Assembly: GCF_001194135.2 (NCBI RefSeq)
Contig: NC_069001.1
Span: 17,548,960-17,583,748 of the forward strand
DNA from: Octopus bimaculoides
Lineage: Eukaryota
Length of the DNA: 34,789 nucleotides
Direction of reading: 5' to 3'
Shown: positions 1 to 11,574 of the stretch, one piece after another
Layout: every line of letters begins with the position of its first letter
Position numbering within the stretch: the stretch's first letter is position 1
Translations under genes and position numbers: made by a program
The notes under the pieces: generated by a model
The model's database searches: none
What the model was told of the DNA's origin: nothing
The model's input: the letters and a program-made list of their open reading frames with translations, nothing else

Positions 1-51
1 ATATATCTGTGTGTGTATATATATATGCGTATATATATGTATATACATCTA

Positions 52-87
<36 letters not shown>

Positions 88-143
88 TGTATGTATGTAT
101 GTATGTATATAAGTAAGTAGATATACACGTATGTATATATATA
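1..143. repeat. (TA)n/(TATG)n microsatellite
   Basis: Direct reading: mixed TA and TATG tracts. Confidence 0.95.
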
Positions 144-148
144 TTTAA

Positions 149-269
149 AGTAAACGTTGGTTATGGCCAGTCAGAAATTTTCCATTGGTTTCACGTCCAT
201 TATTGCACTTAACAAGAATGGACCTGAAAACGGTGGTATCTTTCTGACTGGCCGTAACCAACGTCTACT
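149..269. mobile_element. 121-bp MITE with 29-bp TIRs and TTAA flanks (Kolobok/T2-like)
   Basis: AGTAAACGTTGGTTATGGCCAGTCAGAAA (149-177) is the reverse complement of TTTCTGACTGGCCGTAACCAACGTCTACT (241-269) with 2 mismatches. TTAA lies at 145-148 and 270-273, and the termini are AG...CT. Confidence 0.7.
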
Positions 270-397
270 TTAAAAATATACATGTTGCGTGTGCGTGTAT
301 GTTTTTTTTTTCTGTGAGTGCGTGTATGTGTGCATGCATGCACACACATATGCTTATATAAGTGGTAAGTAAAATATACCTTTATAAGTAAGAGTCA

Positions 398-565
<168 letters not shown>

Positions 566-1285
566 ATTTGTATATTAATTTAAGTGGATTAAGTGCCCAG
601 ATGATGTAACAGTTAAGAAGCAAGCTTTACTCCATCTTGTACAACGTTAGTGACGTTTACCGAGACTGTCCATTATATACCCTCTACCTACATCTTCCTC
701 GACATACAACTACGCATGAGCAAATGGATCCCTCCATTGGGAAAACCAGAGCCTATTTCATTCTATGATTGACAGAGAGATTTATCGGCTGTCACAGTGA
801 AAGTCATTCCAAACACTCGAACTCAAAACTGTAAGAGTATAAAAGATGTGAATGACAGAATGGTGTCAGGGAAGAAAGGGGAAGAGGAATGGGATCTCGG
901 TTTAATTCCTGACACAATGACATGTTTTCCTTTAACGTTCACCTTTCTCTAACAAGGTCACCTTCTTCAATTAAGCATCCATTTAACTGGGTTACTGGAA
1001 TTCCTGTTCCCGTGTAAAACCCCTATTAACCTCATTCAAATTCCCCAACAACATTACAACGTATTTCTTTTTCAATTTATTTCGTTAATGATGCCATTCA
1101 TCAACTTGTCTTCTTTTCCATTCTTACTTTCTTCCATCTGTCCCTTGATGTTATTCTTTAAATAACATTCTTTACTTTTCTTTTCTCCAATGGCCCCCTT
1201 TTTTTTTTTACCAATTATGGTACAGATATGTACCTATAAACAAAAGTTATCTAGATAAGCACTACCCTGTTTAATAATAGTCCTT

Positions 1286-1491
1286 TCTAAATTTTGGCCA
1301 AGGCCAGCAATTTTGAGGAGAGGGGGCAGTCGATTACATCGACATCAGTATTTCACAGCTTCTCACTTTATCGGCGCCAAAAAGGTTGAGAGGCAAAGCC
1401 GACCTCGGCGAAATTTGAGCTCAAAACGTAATTAGTCAGAAGAAATACTGATAAGCACTTTGGTCCAATGTGATAAAGATTCAGCCACCTT
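1286..1491 (-). mobile_element. SINE family A, diverged copy
   Basis: Shares the GTCGATTACATCGAC...GGCAAAGCCGACCTCGGCGAAATTTGAGCTCA core with the copies at 5164, 6168, 11369, 15563, 33685 and 34130. Confidence 0.8.
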
Positions 1492-2044
1492 ACGATCCTT
1501 TTTAATAATGTTTAACTATGCCTGTTAAGAGCGTAATGTTGGCTAAAATTGAATTATCTCCCTTGTCTGTTATGTTAAATATATGTATAAAGTAGCTAAA
1601 ACAAAGTTTACTAAAGAGAGATTATCCTCAGAAAAACAAAGTGTATTAAGGATGAATGTATTTGAGCAGCGATAGATTATTTTATACTTTATAGCAATTC
1701 AGGTAAAGCAAATAAAAAATTAAATTATATTTCCTACAACTTAACATTTGCTTTTCCTTTGTATCACACACGATACACAGAACAAATTTCAATTTTTGAA
1801 CATATTCTCATTTTTGAGCTATCGCAATAACTTGGAACCTATAAAAGGAAAGCTTAATATTTCTCCGGATGTATGAAACAACGGCAGACTAAAAATCGAG
1901 AAACAAGCATGGATGTTTGTGAAAATAATTTCGATAAACAACTGTTTAACTGACATGAGCATGAAGCCTATATGGGGTGGGCCAGAAGTCAAAAAGGGTC
2001 TCAATATTTAGTAACTTCATTATTTTTTTGTTTTAAATATAACA

Positions 2045-2065
2045 TAGCATCATATACATACGTAC

Positions 2066-2140
<75 letters not shown>

Positions 2141-2162
2141 CTGTATGTATATACATATATAA
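2045..2162. repeat. (TA)n/(CA)n microsatellite
   Basis: Direct reading. Confidence 0.95.
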
Positions 2163-3194
2163 TTGTGTCAGGGACCTATAATCCTTTAAAGGGATGCTAG
2201 CATCCTAGTTCTCTGGCTTATACCACTGTTCAGGGAAAATTAAATATATTAGTTTTGCATTGATATATATAGGTATTTAAAATATTCCTTTNNNNNNNNN
2301 NNNNNNNNNNNNNNNNNNNNNNNNNNNNNNNNNNNNNNNNNNNNNNNNNNNNNNNNNNNNNNNNNNNNNNNNNNNNNNNNNNNNNNNNNNNNNNNNNNNN
2401 NNNNNNNNNNNNNNNNNNNNNNNNNNNNNNNNNNNNNNNNNNNNNNNNNNNNNNNNNNNNNNNNNNNNNNNNNNNNNNNNNNNNNNNNNNNNNNNNNNNN
2501 NNNNNNNNNNNNNNNNNNNNNNNNNNNNNNNNNNNNNNNNNNNNNNNNNNNNNNNNNNNNNNNNNNNNNNNNNNNNNNNNNNNNNNNNNNNNNNNNNNNN
2601 NNNNNNNNNNNNNNNNNNNNNNNNNNNNNNNNNNNNNNNNNNNNNNNNNNNNNNNNNNNNNNNNNNNNNNNNNNNNNNNNNNNNNNNNNNNNNNNNNNNN
2701 NNNNNNNNNNNNNNNNNNNNNNNNNNNNNNNNNNNNNNNNNNNNNNNNNNNNNNNNNNNNNNNNNNNNNNNNNNNNNNNNNNNNNNNNNNNNNNNNNNNN
2801 NNNNNNNNNNNNNNNNNNNNNNNNNNNNNNNNNNNNNNNNNNNNNNNNNNNNNNNNNNNNNNNNNNNNNNNNNNNNNNNNNNNNNNNNNNNNNNNNTATA
2901 TATATATATATATTGATTGTAGAAATAAAAAATGTGCAGATGTATAGTTCTTATTTATTTTAACTGTCTTGGATATACGCTCTGTAAACTATTTATAATC
3001 CAATGAAGCGAACCCAGGATTTACCCAACAGATGAAAAATTGATTACCTCAGGCTATCTTGGGTGCTCCTTACCACTCGATGCGGTTAGTCACAACCTGA
3101 CTTATAACTGAGCGCTCGAACGGTACCCGACTGGATACAGTATCCCTATATATGTGTGTGTGTGTGAAAGTTTCATTGTAGCAAAGGAAATCAG

Positions 3195-3226
3195 TTAACG
3201 ATTTTGCTAGCTTGCCGCCGCCTTAA
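3195..3226 (-). mobile_element. SINE family A 5' head fragment
   Basis: TAACGATTTTGCTAGCTTGCCGCCGCCTT matches the TAACG(A/T)TTCTGCCAGCTCGCCGCC end of the other copies. Confidence 0.5.
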
Positions 3227-5140
3227 ATTGAAGTTAAATAATTGCTGGAAGTCAAGGCATGACAATTACACACGATGTTAGTTTAGTCATGTGGTCTAAT
3301 AATGAATGATGCTCTAGGTTTATCTGAAAGTCTAAGTTATACAATAAAATATTTTTAAACAGTTTAAAATTTTCGAATTGATTTAATGGAAACACCATAA
3401 CGAAGTCTGTAACATAGAAGTGATCATCTGATTCGTTCAACCGATTTTATTGATGAGTAAAATAATAATTAAGCTCAATTTATGTATAACGAGTTTAAAT
3501 TATCGAAATAGTGAAAGAGAATCAAAAGTCTTTTAATTAATATCTGACAAAACAGAAGACAGCCTGTCCGTTTATCGTTGCCAATCAATTTCTGTTTAAT
3601 TAAAACTGTATTGGACTTCGGCAGTCGTGTGAGTATCAGATCTTACCGAGTTGTTCATAAAAGTGGAGGCCAGTATGGTACTGTGATAATAGAATAAGTG
3701 CAGGATTTTTGAGTTATAATTGGTAGCTTTTAAGCATTTAGCACGCAGCCCATGAAACTGCGGAGTCGAAGTATGTTTTACTATTGGCTTAATCCAACCC
3801 TTAACTACACCATACCAAAAAACACTATGCTTCTTGCTCAACCTGGATAAACGTAAGAAACAGATAAACACAGACATAGCTGCAATATAAACAGCATTAC
3901 TCTATCCGAGTCCTGGGATGCACACCACCAGGGTAAAAATGCAGAGGAACAGCAACTATTGCGATCTGATTAAGTACACCTTTCTTTTTCAGCCTCCACT
4001 GTGGCCATTACTAGAATTTAGGGTTGTACAGGAACAGACCTGGGACAATAGAAATAGTACAACATATCCAGACTGTCACACTGCCTTCCATATAACTTGC
4101 TGTCTAAATGTGATTATATGATGTAATCCTTGATACCCCTAAAACAACGAGTGGTTTACGGTTGGAAAGCCTTTGATCATAAGGATGATTGACCAGACCG
4201 GAGCTGACCTGACCAGGGGTTAAGCAACAACGTTACACTACACCACACTAAATAAGGAATATCATCTATGCAGTTGTAACCCGCTTTGTTGGAAACAACA
4301 GCCTTTTAATTCATACGGCGTTGCCTTCTAGAAATGGATGCACTGACACTGAAATTCTTGGAGCTTATAAAGATAAAGATGGTTCGTGGTTCTGTAGTTT
4401 TCGTTGAGTTATTCATCGTTTTGAGCAGGAATGCAGAAGTATTTATTTACTTTTCGAAATATACCTAATCAAGAATTTGAAGTAACTGATATCAAAGAAC
4501 GACTTATCTTTTGATGAGGGTAAAAAGTAATAAATGTGTTAATATCAAATATACTTTGTGGTCATTAAATTTTCTGCAGTTTTCTTTAATAAAGATCATA
4601 ATAAATCGGCCACTATCAAAGAGGCTTTTGTAGTTTTTAAGGATTTGAGTACATTTATCATTATCTTACCCATGTTCACAACTAGCCATAAAGATTGTAT
4701 CGTTGAGATCATTTGATCATTCGGTTTCATTTGGTGCCGGTTCTTTTAAACTCTTTGTGTGTAAAATCTTTGTTTCCTTTTCTTTTCTTTTTTTTTTTCA
4801 GCCAATCCCATTTAATTTTATACTTGAATGAGACAGACAGTACTCAACAGTAAGAACGAGGTGTTGTATTATAACAACCACTATAGTGGACCACACACTT
4901 TATATACACACTATTGCAACATTTTAGCTGAAGAGCCGTTTCTGCTAATTAACCTTATGAATCAGTGTAGTCTTCTACTTGAAGAACTTAAGTGCTTTTA
5001 TTGTGTATATGAACTGGATGAAAGTTTTGTACAATTAAAAAATAACTGTGTGAAAATAACGAGCGAAGAACTATGTCCAATATAAAGAGTGAAATCATTT
5101 GTAAAGACTCTTATTGATCGCCCAAAATTCGTTACTATGT

Positions 5141-5532
5141 CATAGGCGCCAGCGTAGCTGTGTTATTTCTTTTCTGCCCCCAAGGGGCCACACACGGAGG
5201 GGACAAACAAGGACAGACAAACGGATTAAGTCGATAATACCGACCCCAGTGCGTAACTGGTACTTATTTAATCGACCCCGAAAGGATGAAAGGCAAAGTC
5301 GACCTCGGTGGAATTTGAACTCACAACGTAGCGGCAGACGAAATACACGTTAAGCATTTCGCCCGGCGTGCTAACGTTTCTGCCAGCTCGCCGCCTGTGT
5401 GGTAAGAAACTTGCTTCCCAGCCACATGGTTCCGGGTTCAGTCCTTCTGCGTGCCTCCTTGGCCAAGTATCTTCTGCTATTGCCTCGGCCTTGTGAGTGG
5501 ATTTGGTAAACGAAAACTGAAAGAAGTTCGTC

Positions 5533-5571
<39 letters not shown>

Positions 5572-5792
5572 TATGTGTCTTTATATGTGTGTCTGTTCCC
5601 CACCACCGCTTGACAACCGGTGTTGGTTTGTTTAAGTGTTTATGTCTCTGTAACTTAGCCGTTCGGCAAAAGTGACCAATAGAATGAGTGCCAGGCTTAA
5701 AAAAGTACATGGGTCGATTCATTTGATGAAAATTCTTCAAAGCAGTGCCCCAGTATATCTGCAGTCAAATGACTGAAACAAATAAAAAGTAA
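5141..5792 (+). mobile_element. SINE family B (tRNA-type head), near full length, interrupted by a SINE-A copy and an internal (TA)n
   Basis: A-box-like TAGCTGTGT|GG, B-box-like GGTTCAGTCC, a CCTTGGCCAAGTATCTT core, and a 3' end CAGTCAAATGACTGAAACAAATAAAAAG. Homologous to 7200-7333 and 32915-33049. Confidence 0.8.
5164..5395 (-). mobile_element. SINE family A, full-length young copy with a TGTGT target-site duplication
   Basis: The reverse strand starts GGCGGCGAGCTGGCAGAAACGTTAG, with B-box-like GAGTTCAAATTCC and a GCCTTTCATCCTTTCGGGGTCGA...AAGTACCAG central domain (Nin/Deu-domain-like by recollection). TGTGT is at 5159-5163 and 5396-5400. Confidence 0.9.
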
Positions 5793-6165
5793 AATGAAAA
5801 TTCTATTACCATTTATTTCTGAAGTGCAAAAATAATTGGAAACGAATTTTCTGAAAACTTCACGTGACAACAGAAGATATTTAAAATTTTTTTTTTTTTT
5901 GTGAAATGGATGAGAATTATTTTACGGTTAATTCATTAAAACTTTGTAGATCTGGAATGGTTATCCAAATCGATGACTTGTGTTAAAACATCGTAGGGAG
6001 CGGGAATCACACAAACAACCATAAATTTTCAACATTGCAGTGACTGGGATACATAGAAACTGTAAAACAACAGAACATTGGTAGGGTGTGGTCAATAACT
6101 GAAAATGTCATCGAGCTAAAACTACAGTGCAGTGAACAATAGAAAGTTTGTGTAGATATTGATTT

Positions 6166-6371
6166 CAAATTTTGGCACAGGCCAGCATTTTGGTGCAACG
6201 GTGTAAGTCGATTACATCGATCATGGTGTTGAACTGATACTTATTTTATTGACCCTGTAAGGATGAAAGGCAAATTCAACCTCGGTGGAATTTGAACTCA
6301 GAACGTAAAGAGGAAATGCTGCTAAGCATTTCACCCGACGTGCTAACAACTCTGCCAGGTCTCGCTGCCTT
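6166..6371 (-). mobile_element. SINE family A copy
   Basis: Contains GACCCTGTAAGGATGAAAGGCAAATTCAACCTCGGTGGAATTTGAACTCAGAACGT. Confidence 0.85.
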
Positions 6372-7199
6372 TGAGGTTGTGTAAATATTGATAAAGAGTT
6401 TCAGTCACTTGATAAGATGGTAAATCATTCTTTGTACTTCGTCGATCGAAACACTTGATGAGGACGGCACACTTCAAACATAGAAGACTGTTGAAGTCAA
6501 AGTAAATCACATGGCAATCTTGTAGAAGATATACTTACATTTCTGTCTCCCATATTCTAGAAAGTGCGATAGGCATTCAAGTAATAATTTCTACGATTTC
6601 TTTAATGCAACAACAGATCAATACAACTTTATCTCAAATATCATCAATAAATCATATTAATAACATTGTATTTGTATATTCAGATTGTTTAAAAACATGT
6701 AAAAAAATCTGTAAAAATGTTTTTTAATATCGTTTTTTGTTCTTAAAAATACATAACTAGCACTCTCATGGAAATTCAATGTATAATTAATGTCTTCATA
6801 GTTGTTTTCACGCATAAATTTATTGATGAGAATTTCTAAATTCTTTATGAGAATTTCTAAAACATATTTGAAATTTCCCTCACGTCTCCAGTTTCGTTTC
6901 GTAGTAAACGCTGTCTAAAGCGGAACGACTCACTAAATTATTAATGTTATGCTAAATATTTCGATTCATATGTATAGTTAAGTTTGCTGAAAGCGAAGCA
7001 CATGGTCATGAGTCATGACAAGCAGAATAATGACAGCTGGTGATGACCGATAAGCCGATACTTCGAAGTCACTGTCAGCACTTTTCTTGTAAAGGTATAA
7101 TAAATATGTACGCTACAATAAGTATTGAGTAATCTTTTAGTTTAATGTAAAATTGTTTTTATTATAACTTGACATAAAAACAAACATCTATGTATATAT

Positions 7200-7333
7200 T
7201 TTACTTGTTTCAGTCATTAGATGGTGATCATGCTACAGCACCGCCTCCAAGGATTTTTAGTCGAACGAATCGACCCCAGGATTTATTTAAGCTAGGTATT
7301 TTATTCTATCGGTCTCTTTTGCCGAACCACTAA
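7200..7333 (-). mobile_element. SINE family B 3' half
   Basis: Reverse complement matches 5655-5790 (TTAG..GTTCGGCAAAAG...ACTGAAACAAGTAA). Confidence 0.75.
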
Positions 7334-7809
7334 ATTTGATCAAGATGATAAAGATTACAAATAAAAAAGTCATTTCCCCCTTAAAGAAAAAAAAAACATT
7401 AAATTGAAAATGTCGACACTTCAAAAAGTCGTTGCAGCTACCCCCGTCCGTCCTTTTTCCATACTTTCTTTTTACTTCCTTAATTATTTATACAACTTTC
7501 GAGATAATTTTTGAATCACAAGAACTTGATTTTTTTCTTAAAGAGAAAAAATACTATTTTATTTAAAATAAAATATTTATTTTTATCATGTTAATCAAAC
7601 GGCAGAAAAACAGACAGAGAGACTATCTTTTTAAAGACGAAGATCAGTTGCAACGGGAGGAGTTGAGTCTTGTAAAAATGGAAAAACAAACAACAACAAA
7701 AGGTTTGTACCTTATAATGAAACTCTTTTAAGAGTTCAACGTTGAAATCTTTGCATCATGAAGTAAATTACGTACGTCATCAAATACACGCTAAAAGAAA
7801 ATGATTAAA

Positions 7810-8315
7810 CTGCTGTTCAAATAAGCAATGATAACGAATTAGTCAATATCTAATGCGCAGGTACATTGGACATTCGAAGCAGTTGCATCCATTTTAGGAT
7901 TTTCAATTCATGAAAGAGCACCTGCAATATTGAGACAGCAGTTCAGCTACCAGGTGAACAAAGAATATTACTCAGAAATAATGAGGATATATATGGTTGT
8001 CAATGAATGATATATGAGAAAAACATTGACAGAATTCTTTTCATTGTGCATTAATGGTGACTTTGCAAAAAACATTACTTTATGCTGAAGTACCCAAGAG
8101 CGGCAAAGAAGAAAGTGAGGACAAAAAGCTGAAGGCCATTTGAACGTTTTCAAAGAAGAAACATTTAGTCACACCAGAAGCAGGAGAAATGTATTATTTA
8201 AGAATTTTATTGCATGAAGTTCAAAATAGTATTTTTTTCCTTTCCCACCGAGCGTCGACATTTTCAACTTGGAGTGGCTGTAGCCCATCGGGTCACGGGT
8301 CACGGGTACATCTAG
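7810..8315 (+). mobile_element. Internally deleted Helitron: RepHel linker remnant plus 3' terminus
   Basis: Frameshifted translation gives RYIG..EAVASILGFSIHERAPA / AVQLPGEQR / KTLTEFFSLC / KTLLYAEVPK / RRK*G / PEAGEMYYLRILLHEV, the same region as the N-terminus of ORF 27614-28546. It ends with GC-rich CCCATCGGG...CACGGG and CTAG (8312-8315) followed by T. Confidence 0.8.
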
Positions 8316-8493
8316 TATANNNNNNNNNNNNNNNNNNNNNNNNNNNNNNNNNNNNNNNNNNNNNNNNNNNNNNNNNNNNNNNNNNNNNNNNNNNNNNNNN
8401 NNNNNNNNNNNNNNNNNNNNNNNNNNNNNNNNNNNNNNNNNNNNNNNNNNNNNNNNNNNNNNNNNNNNNNNNNNNNNNNNNNNNNNNNNNNNN

Positions 8494-8526
<33 letters not shown>

Positions 8527-8765
8527 GCGGAGTAGATGGAACAGGGACAACTGACGAAGGGTTATACTCTCGTTTCTCTGTTTTTTCGTTGTTCGAAAAA
8601 AGTTCGTTTTTTCTTTTCGTTTATATGTTTTCGTTTCTCATTGTGTTTAACGTTTGTTCTTGATGTCCTTTACCCAAGTATGAATGTATGTATACATATA
8701 GATGTAGGTATGTACATACATGTATGGATATGTGCATATATCTATATATTATTTATATATATATG

Positions 8766-9190
8766 ATAAGGGTGGCTTGTTAGCAATTTTTCAACCGAAA
8801 GGCAAATATATATATATACGTCATTAAAGCTACTGAAAGCTACCAGTGTTGCTAGAAATAAAAGTAAGAAACAACTCATAGCCACAATAAGCACCACCTT
8901 ATTTTCTGACAAGGAAGACAAACTCCCTAAGCACCGGGCATAGCCAGATCTCCAGTGATTTTGCATTTACATTAATGCTCGCCAGTGGCTCTTACCGGCG
9001 TCTTGGGTTAAACTCAACTTACCTAGTCAGCTTATAAGATCACCGTAGAAAACATACGCTGATTTCATAAATGGTAAATGTGTAAATTATGAATAATAAG
9101 GGTGGCTTGTTGGCAATTTTTCAACCGAAAGGCAAAATGTATACATCTCTAAAGCGACTGCACCAGTATTGCTAGGAATAAAAGTAAAAA
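8766..9190 (+). repeat. Imperfect direct repeat of about 100 bp (8766-8868 and 9096-9190)
   Basis: Both copies read ATAAGGGTGGCTTGTT(A/G)GCAATTTTTCAACCGAAAGGCAAA...CCAGT(G/A)TTGCTAG(A/G)AATAAAAGTAA. Confidence 0.8.
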
Positions 9191-9268
9191 ATAATTAAAA
9201 AAAACAAACACACCCCCATGCCTGTGAACATATATGTATATATATACATACATATGTATATATGTATG

Positions 9269-9303
<35 letters not shown>

Positions 9304-9305
<2 letters not shown>

Positions 9306-9536
9306 CTGATGAAGGAATAATTCCAAGTGGCTATCTGTTTTCCTATGTGTTCGTTCCGTTGTCTGTAGTTCATTGTTCTAACGTCCTGTACCCTGATATG
9401 CATCTATATACACATGTAGATGTAAGTATGTACGTATATGTGTGTATACATGCATATATATTCTTTGTATTATTACATCATTGAACGCACACGTCCTTTT
9501 TGCAAGTAAGTTTGTACTTTATTATTCTGACGTGTC

Positions 9537-9577
<41 letters not shown>

Positions 9578-10178
9578 TTATCTATCTGTCTTCGTCTATC
9601 TTTCTATCTATCCCTCTGTCTACCTATCTATCTTTCTTCTTACCCATCTCCCCCTCTCGCCCTGCTCCCTTCTGTTGTCCTGGCTTCTACTTCACTGCTA
9701 TACACTTCTGTCTCTTCCTTCTTGTTCCACTTCCTCCCTCTACCATCCTCTCTGCTCTCGTGTGACCTGTGGTCAACTCTTTTCACTCCAGCTGCTGTGA
9801 AGGCAAGACGAACTGCTAGTGTTCTACATCAGATTCGCGTTTGGCCGTAGGGCTTTTTAATGTTGTTTTCGCTGTCCAATTTTTCCTGTCTTGGTTTGTG
9901 TTTGCCACCTTGGAATCCTCTGTTTAGTGGGTTGATCCACTACTCAGGAAGAGACTATTCTAGAGTATGTCCTGCCTTATCTTCGAAACGTCGAGTTAGA
10001 ATAGAGGCAGCTGATGAAGGAATAATTCCAAGTGGCTATCTGTTTTCCTATGTGTTCGTTCCGTTGTCTGTAGTTCATTGTTCTAACGTCCTGTACCCTG
10101 ATATGCATCTATATACACATGTAGATGTAAGTATGTACATAAATGTGTGTATACATGCATATATATTCTTTGTATTAT
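9304..10178 (+). repeat. 170-bp near-identical direct repeat (9304-9473 and 10009-10178) enclosing (TATC)n and a possible Penelope-type 3' end
   Basis: The copies differ at 2 positions. A related diverged unit starts at about 8548 (CTGACGAAGG) and another lies on the minus strand at about 30440. Confidence 0.85.
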
Positions 10179-10629
10179 ATATATATATATNNNNNNNNNN
10201 NNNNNNNNNNNNNNNNNNNNNNNNNNNNNNNNNNNNNNNNNNNNNNNNNNNNNNNNNNNNNNNNNNNNNNNNNNNNNNNNNNNNNNNNNNNNNNNNNNNN
10301 NNNNNNNNNNNNNNNNNNNNNNNNNNNNNNNNNNNNNNNNNNNNNNNNNNNNNNNNNNNNNNNNNNNNNNNNNNNNNNNNNNNNNNNNNNNNNNNNNNNN
10401 NNNNNNNNNNNNNNNNNNNNNNNNNNNNNNNNNNNNNNNNNNNNNNNNNNNNNNNNNNNNNNNNNNNNNNNNNNNNNNNNNNNNNNNNNNNNNNNNNNNN
10501 NNNNNNNNNNNNNNNNNNNNNNNNNNNNNNNNNNNNNNNNNNNNNNNNNNNNNNNNNNNNNNNNNNNNNNNNNNNNNNNNNNATATATGCATATGCATAT
10601 GATATATACATAGATACATACACATCATA

Positions 10630-10638
10630 GATCGATCT

Positions 10639-10716
<78 letters not shown>
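10630..10716. repeat. (GATA)n microsatellite
   Basis: Direct reading. Confidence 0.95.
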
Positions 10717-10757
10717 GGAAAGTATACAGCTAGATATCCTGTGGAAAATACACTCGG

Positions 10758-10942
10758 TTGATCTCGGGATTGTGTTGAAGTCAGTTAGTGTATGATCAGT
10801 GGTGTAGCTAACCGAATTGGGCCACCCGGCTAGGTACGTAAAAATACTAGAGTATCAACTGTCACAGAACTCACTGGATGCAGAAACCTGTTTTTAATGA
10901 CATGAGCCTTATAGTACAGGGTTGATTCCCTCTCTCTCACCA
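10758..10942 (+). repeat. Left arm of a perfect 185-bp inverted repeat
   Basis: Exact reverse complement of 12265-12449 by base-by-base comparison. Confidence 0.95.
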
Positions 10943-11289
10943 ACGATGGATATGACGTATGTACCGTAATTCCTGGCGTCGAAGACGCTACAACCTCAAA
11001 GAACCATCCCAATTAAGACTCGAACATTTTGAAAGAATAAAGGCAAAATTTTAAAATATCGTCACCCCGTTTCTCCATTTTCACCAAAGCGTTTAACTTA
11101 ATGGTTTCGAAACATACAACGATCCTGTTGATCTGTTATAGATTGTATTTTGATTGCCTTTCATGTTTACAGTACAGAGACACGTAATGTTTAACCCCCA
11201 CCTCCCCCGTTACAATTGGCTTCAGGTTAATGTGGCCCACATCCTCTTGGAAACAGTAAATTTTCAAGATGTATTTCGAGAAAAAAGAC

Positions 11290-11368
11290 ATAATGATAAT
11301 AATAATAGTAATAATAATAATTATTATTATTATTGTTATTATTGTTGTTGTTGTTGTTGTTGTTGTTT
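11290..11368. repeat. (AAT)n-(ATT)n-(TTG)n tract, probably including the tail of the adjacent SINE-A
   Basis: Direct reading; abuts the 3' end of the minus-strand SINE. Confidence 0.85.
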
Positions 11369-11568
11369 CAGAATTTTGCCACAAGGGCAGCTTCGTGGAG
11401 GTGGGAATGAGTCGATTACATCGATCCTATGGTACTTATTTTATTGACCCCGAAAGGATGAAAGGCAAAGTCGACCACGATGGAATTTGAACTCAGAACG
11501 TAACGACGGACGAAATGCCGCTATGCATGTCGTCCAGCATATTAAGGATTCTGTCAGCTCACCGCCTT
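11369..11568 (-). mobile_element. SINE family A copy
   Basis: Contains GACCCCGAAAGGATGAAAGGCAAAGTCGACC...GAATTTGAACTCAGAACGT. Confidence 0.85.
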
Positions 11569-11574
11569 AAGAAC

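Noticed and set aside
2192-2205. Perfect 14-bp palindrome GGATGCTAGCATCC
   Set aside because: Isolated and short, with no TSD or second copy, so no function can be inferred.
3596-3877. 93-aa minus-strand ORF with plausible acceptor (3843) and GTAAGA donor (3646)
   Set aside because: No recognisable domain, and an alternative frame with faint lectin-like words has five stops. It cannot be distinguished from chance.
3900-4235. Possible old LINE 3' end with an AAC-like tail
   Set aside because: Only a vague peptide resemblance across many stops; no diagnostic motif.
4330-4700. Short open frames with AG/GT sites (e.g. NGCTDTEILGAYKDKDGSWFC)
   Set aside because: No homology recognised, and such sites are common in AT-rich DNA.
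9304-9330. CTGATGA-AGGAATAATTCC as a hammerhead
   Set aside because: The hairpin is followed by AAGT, not GAAA, so there is no complete core.
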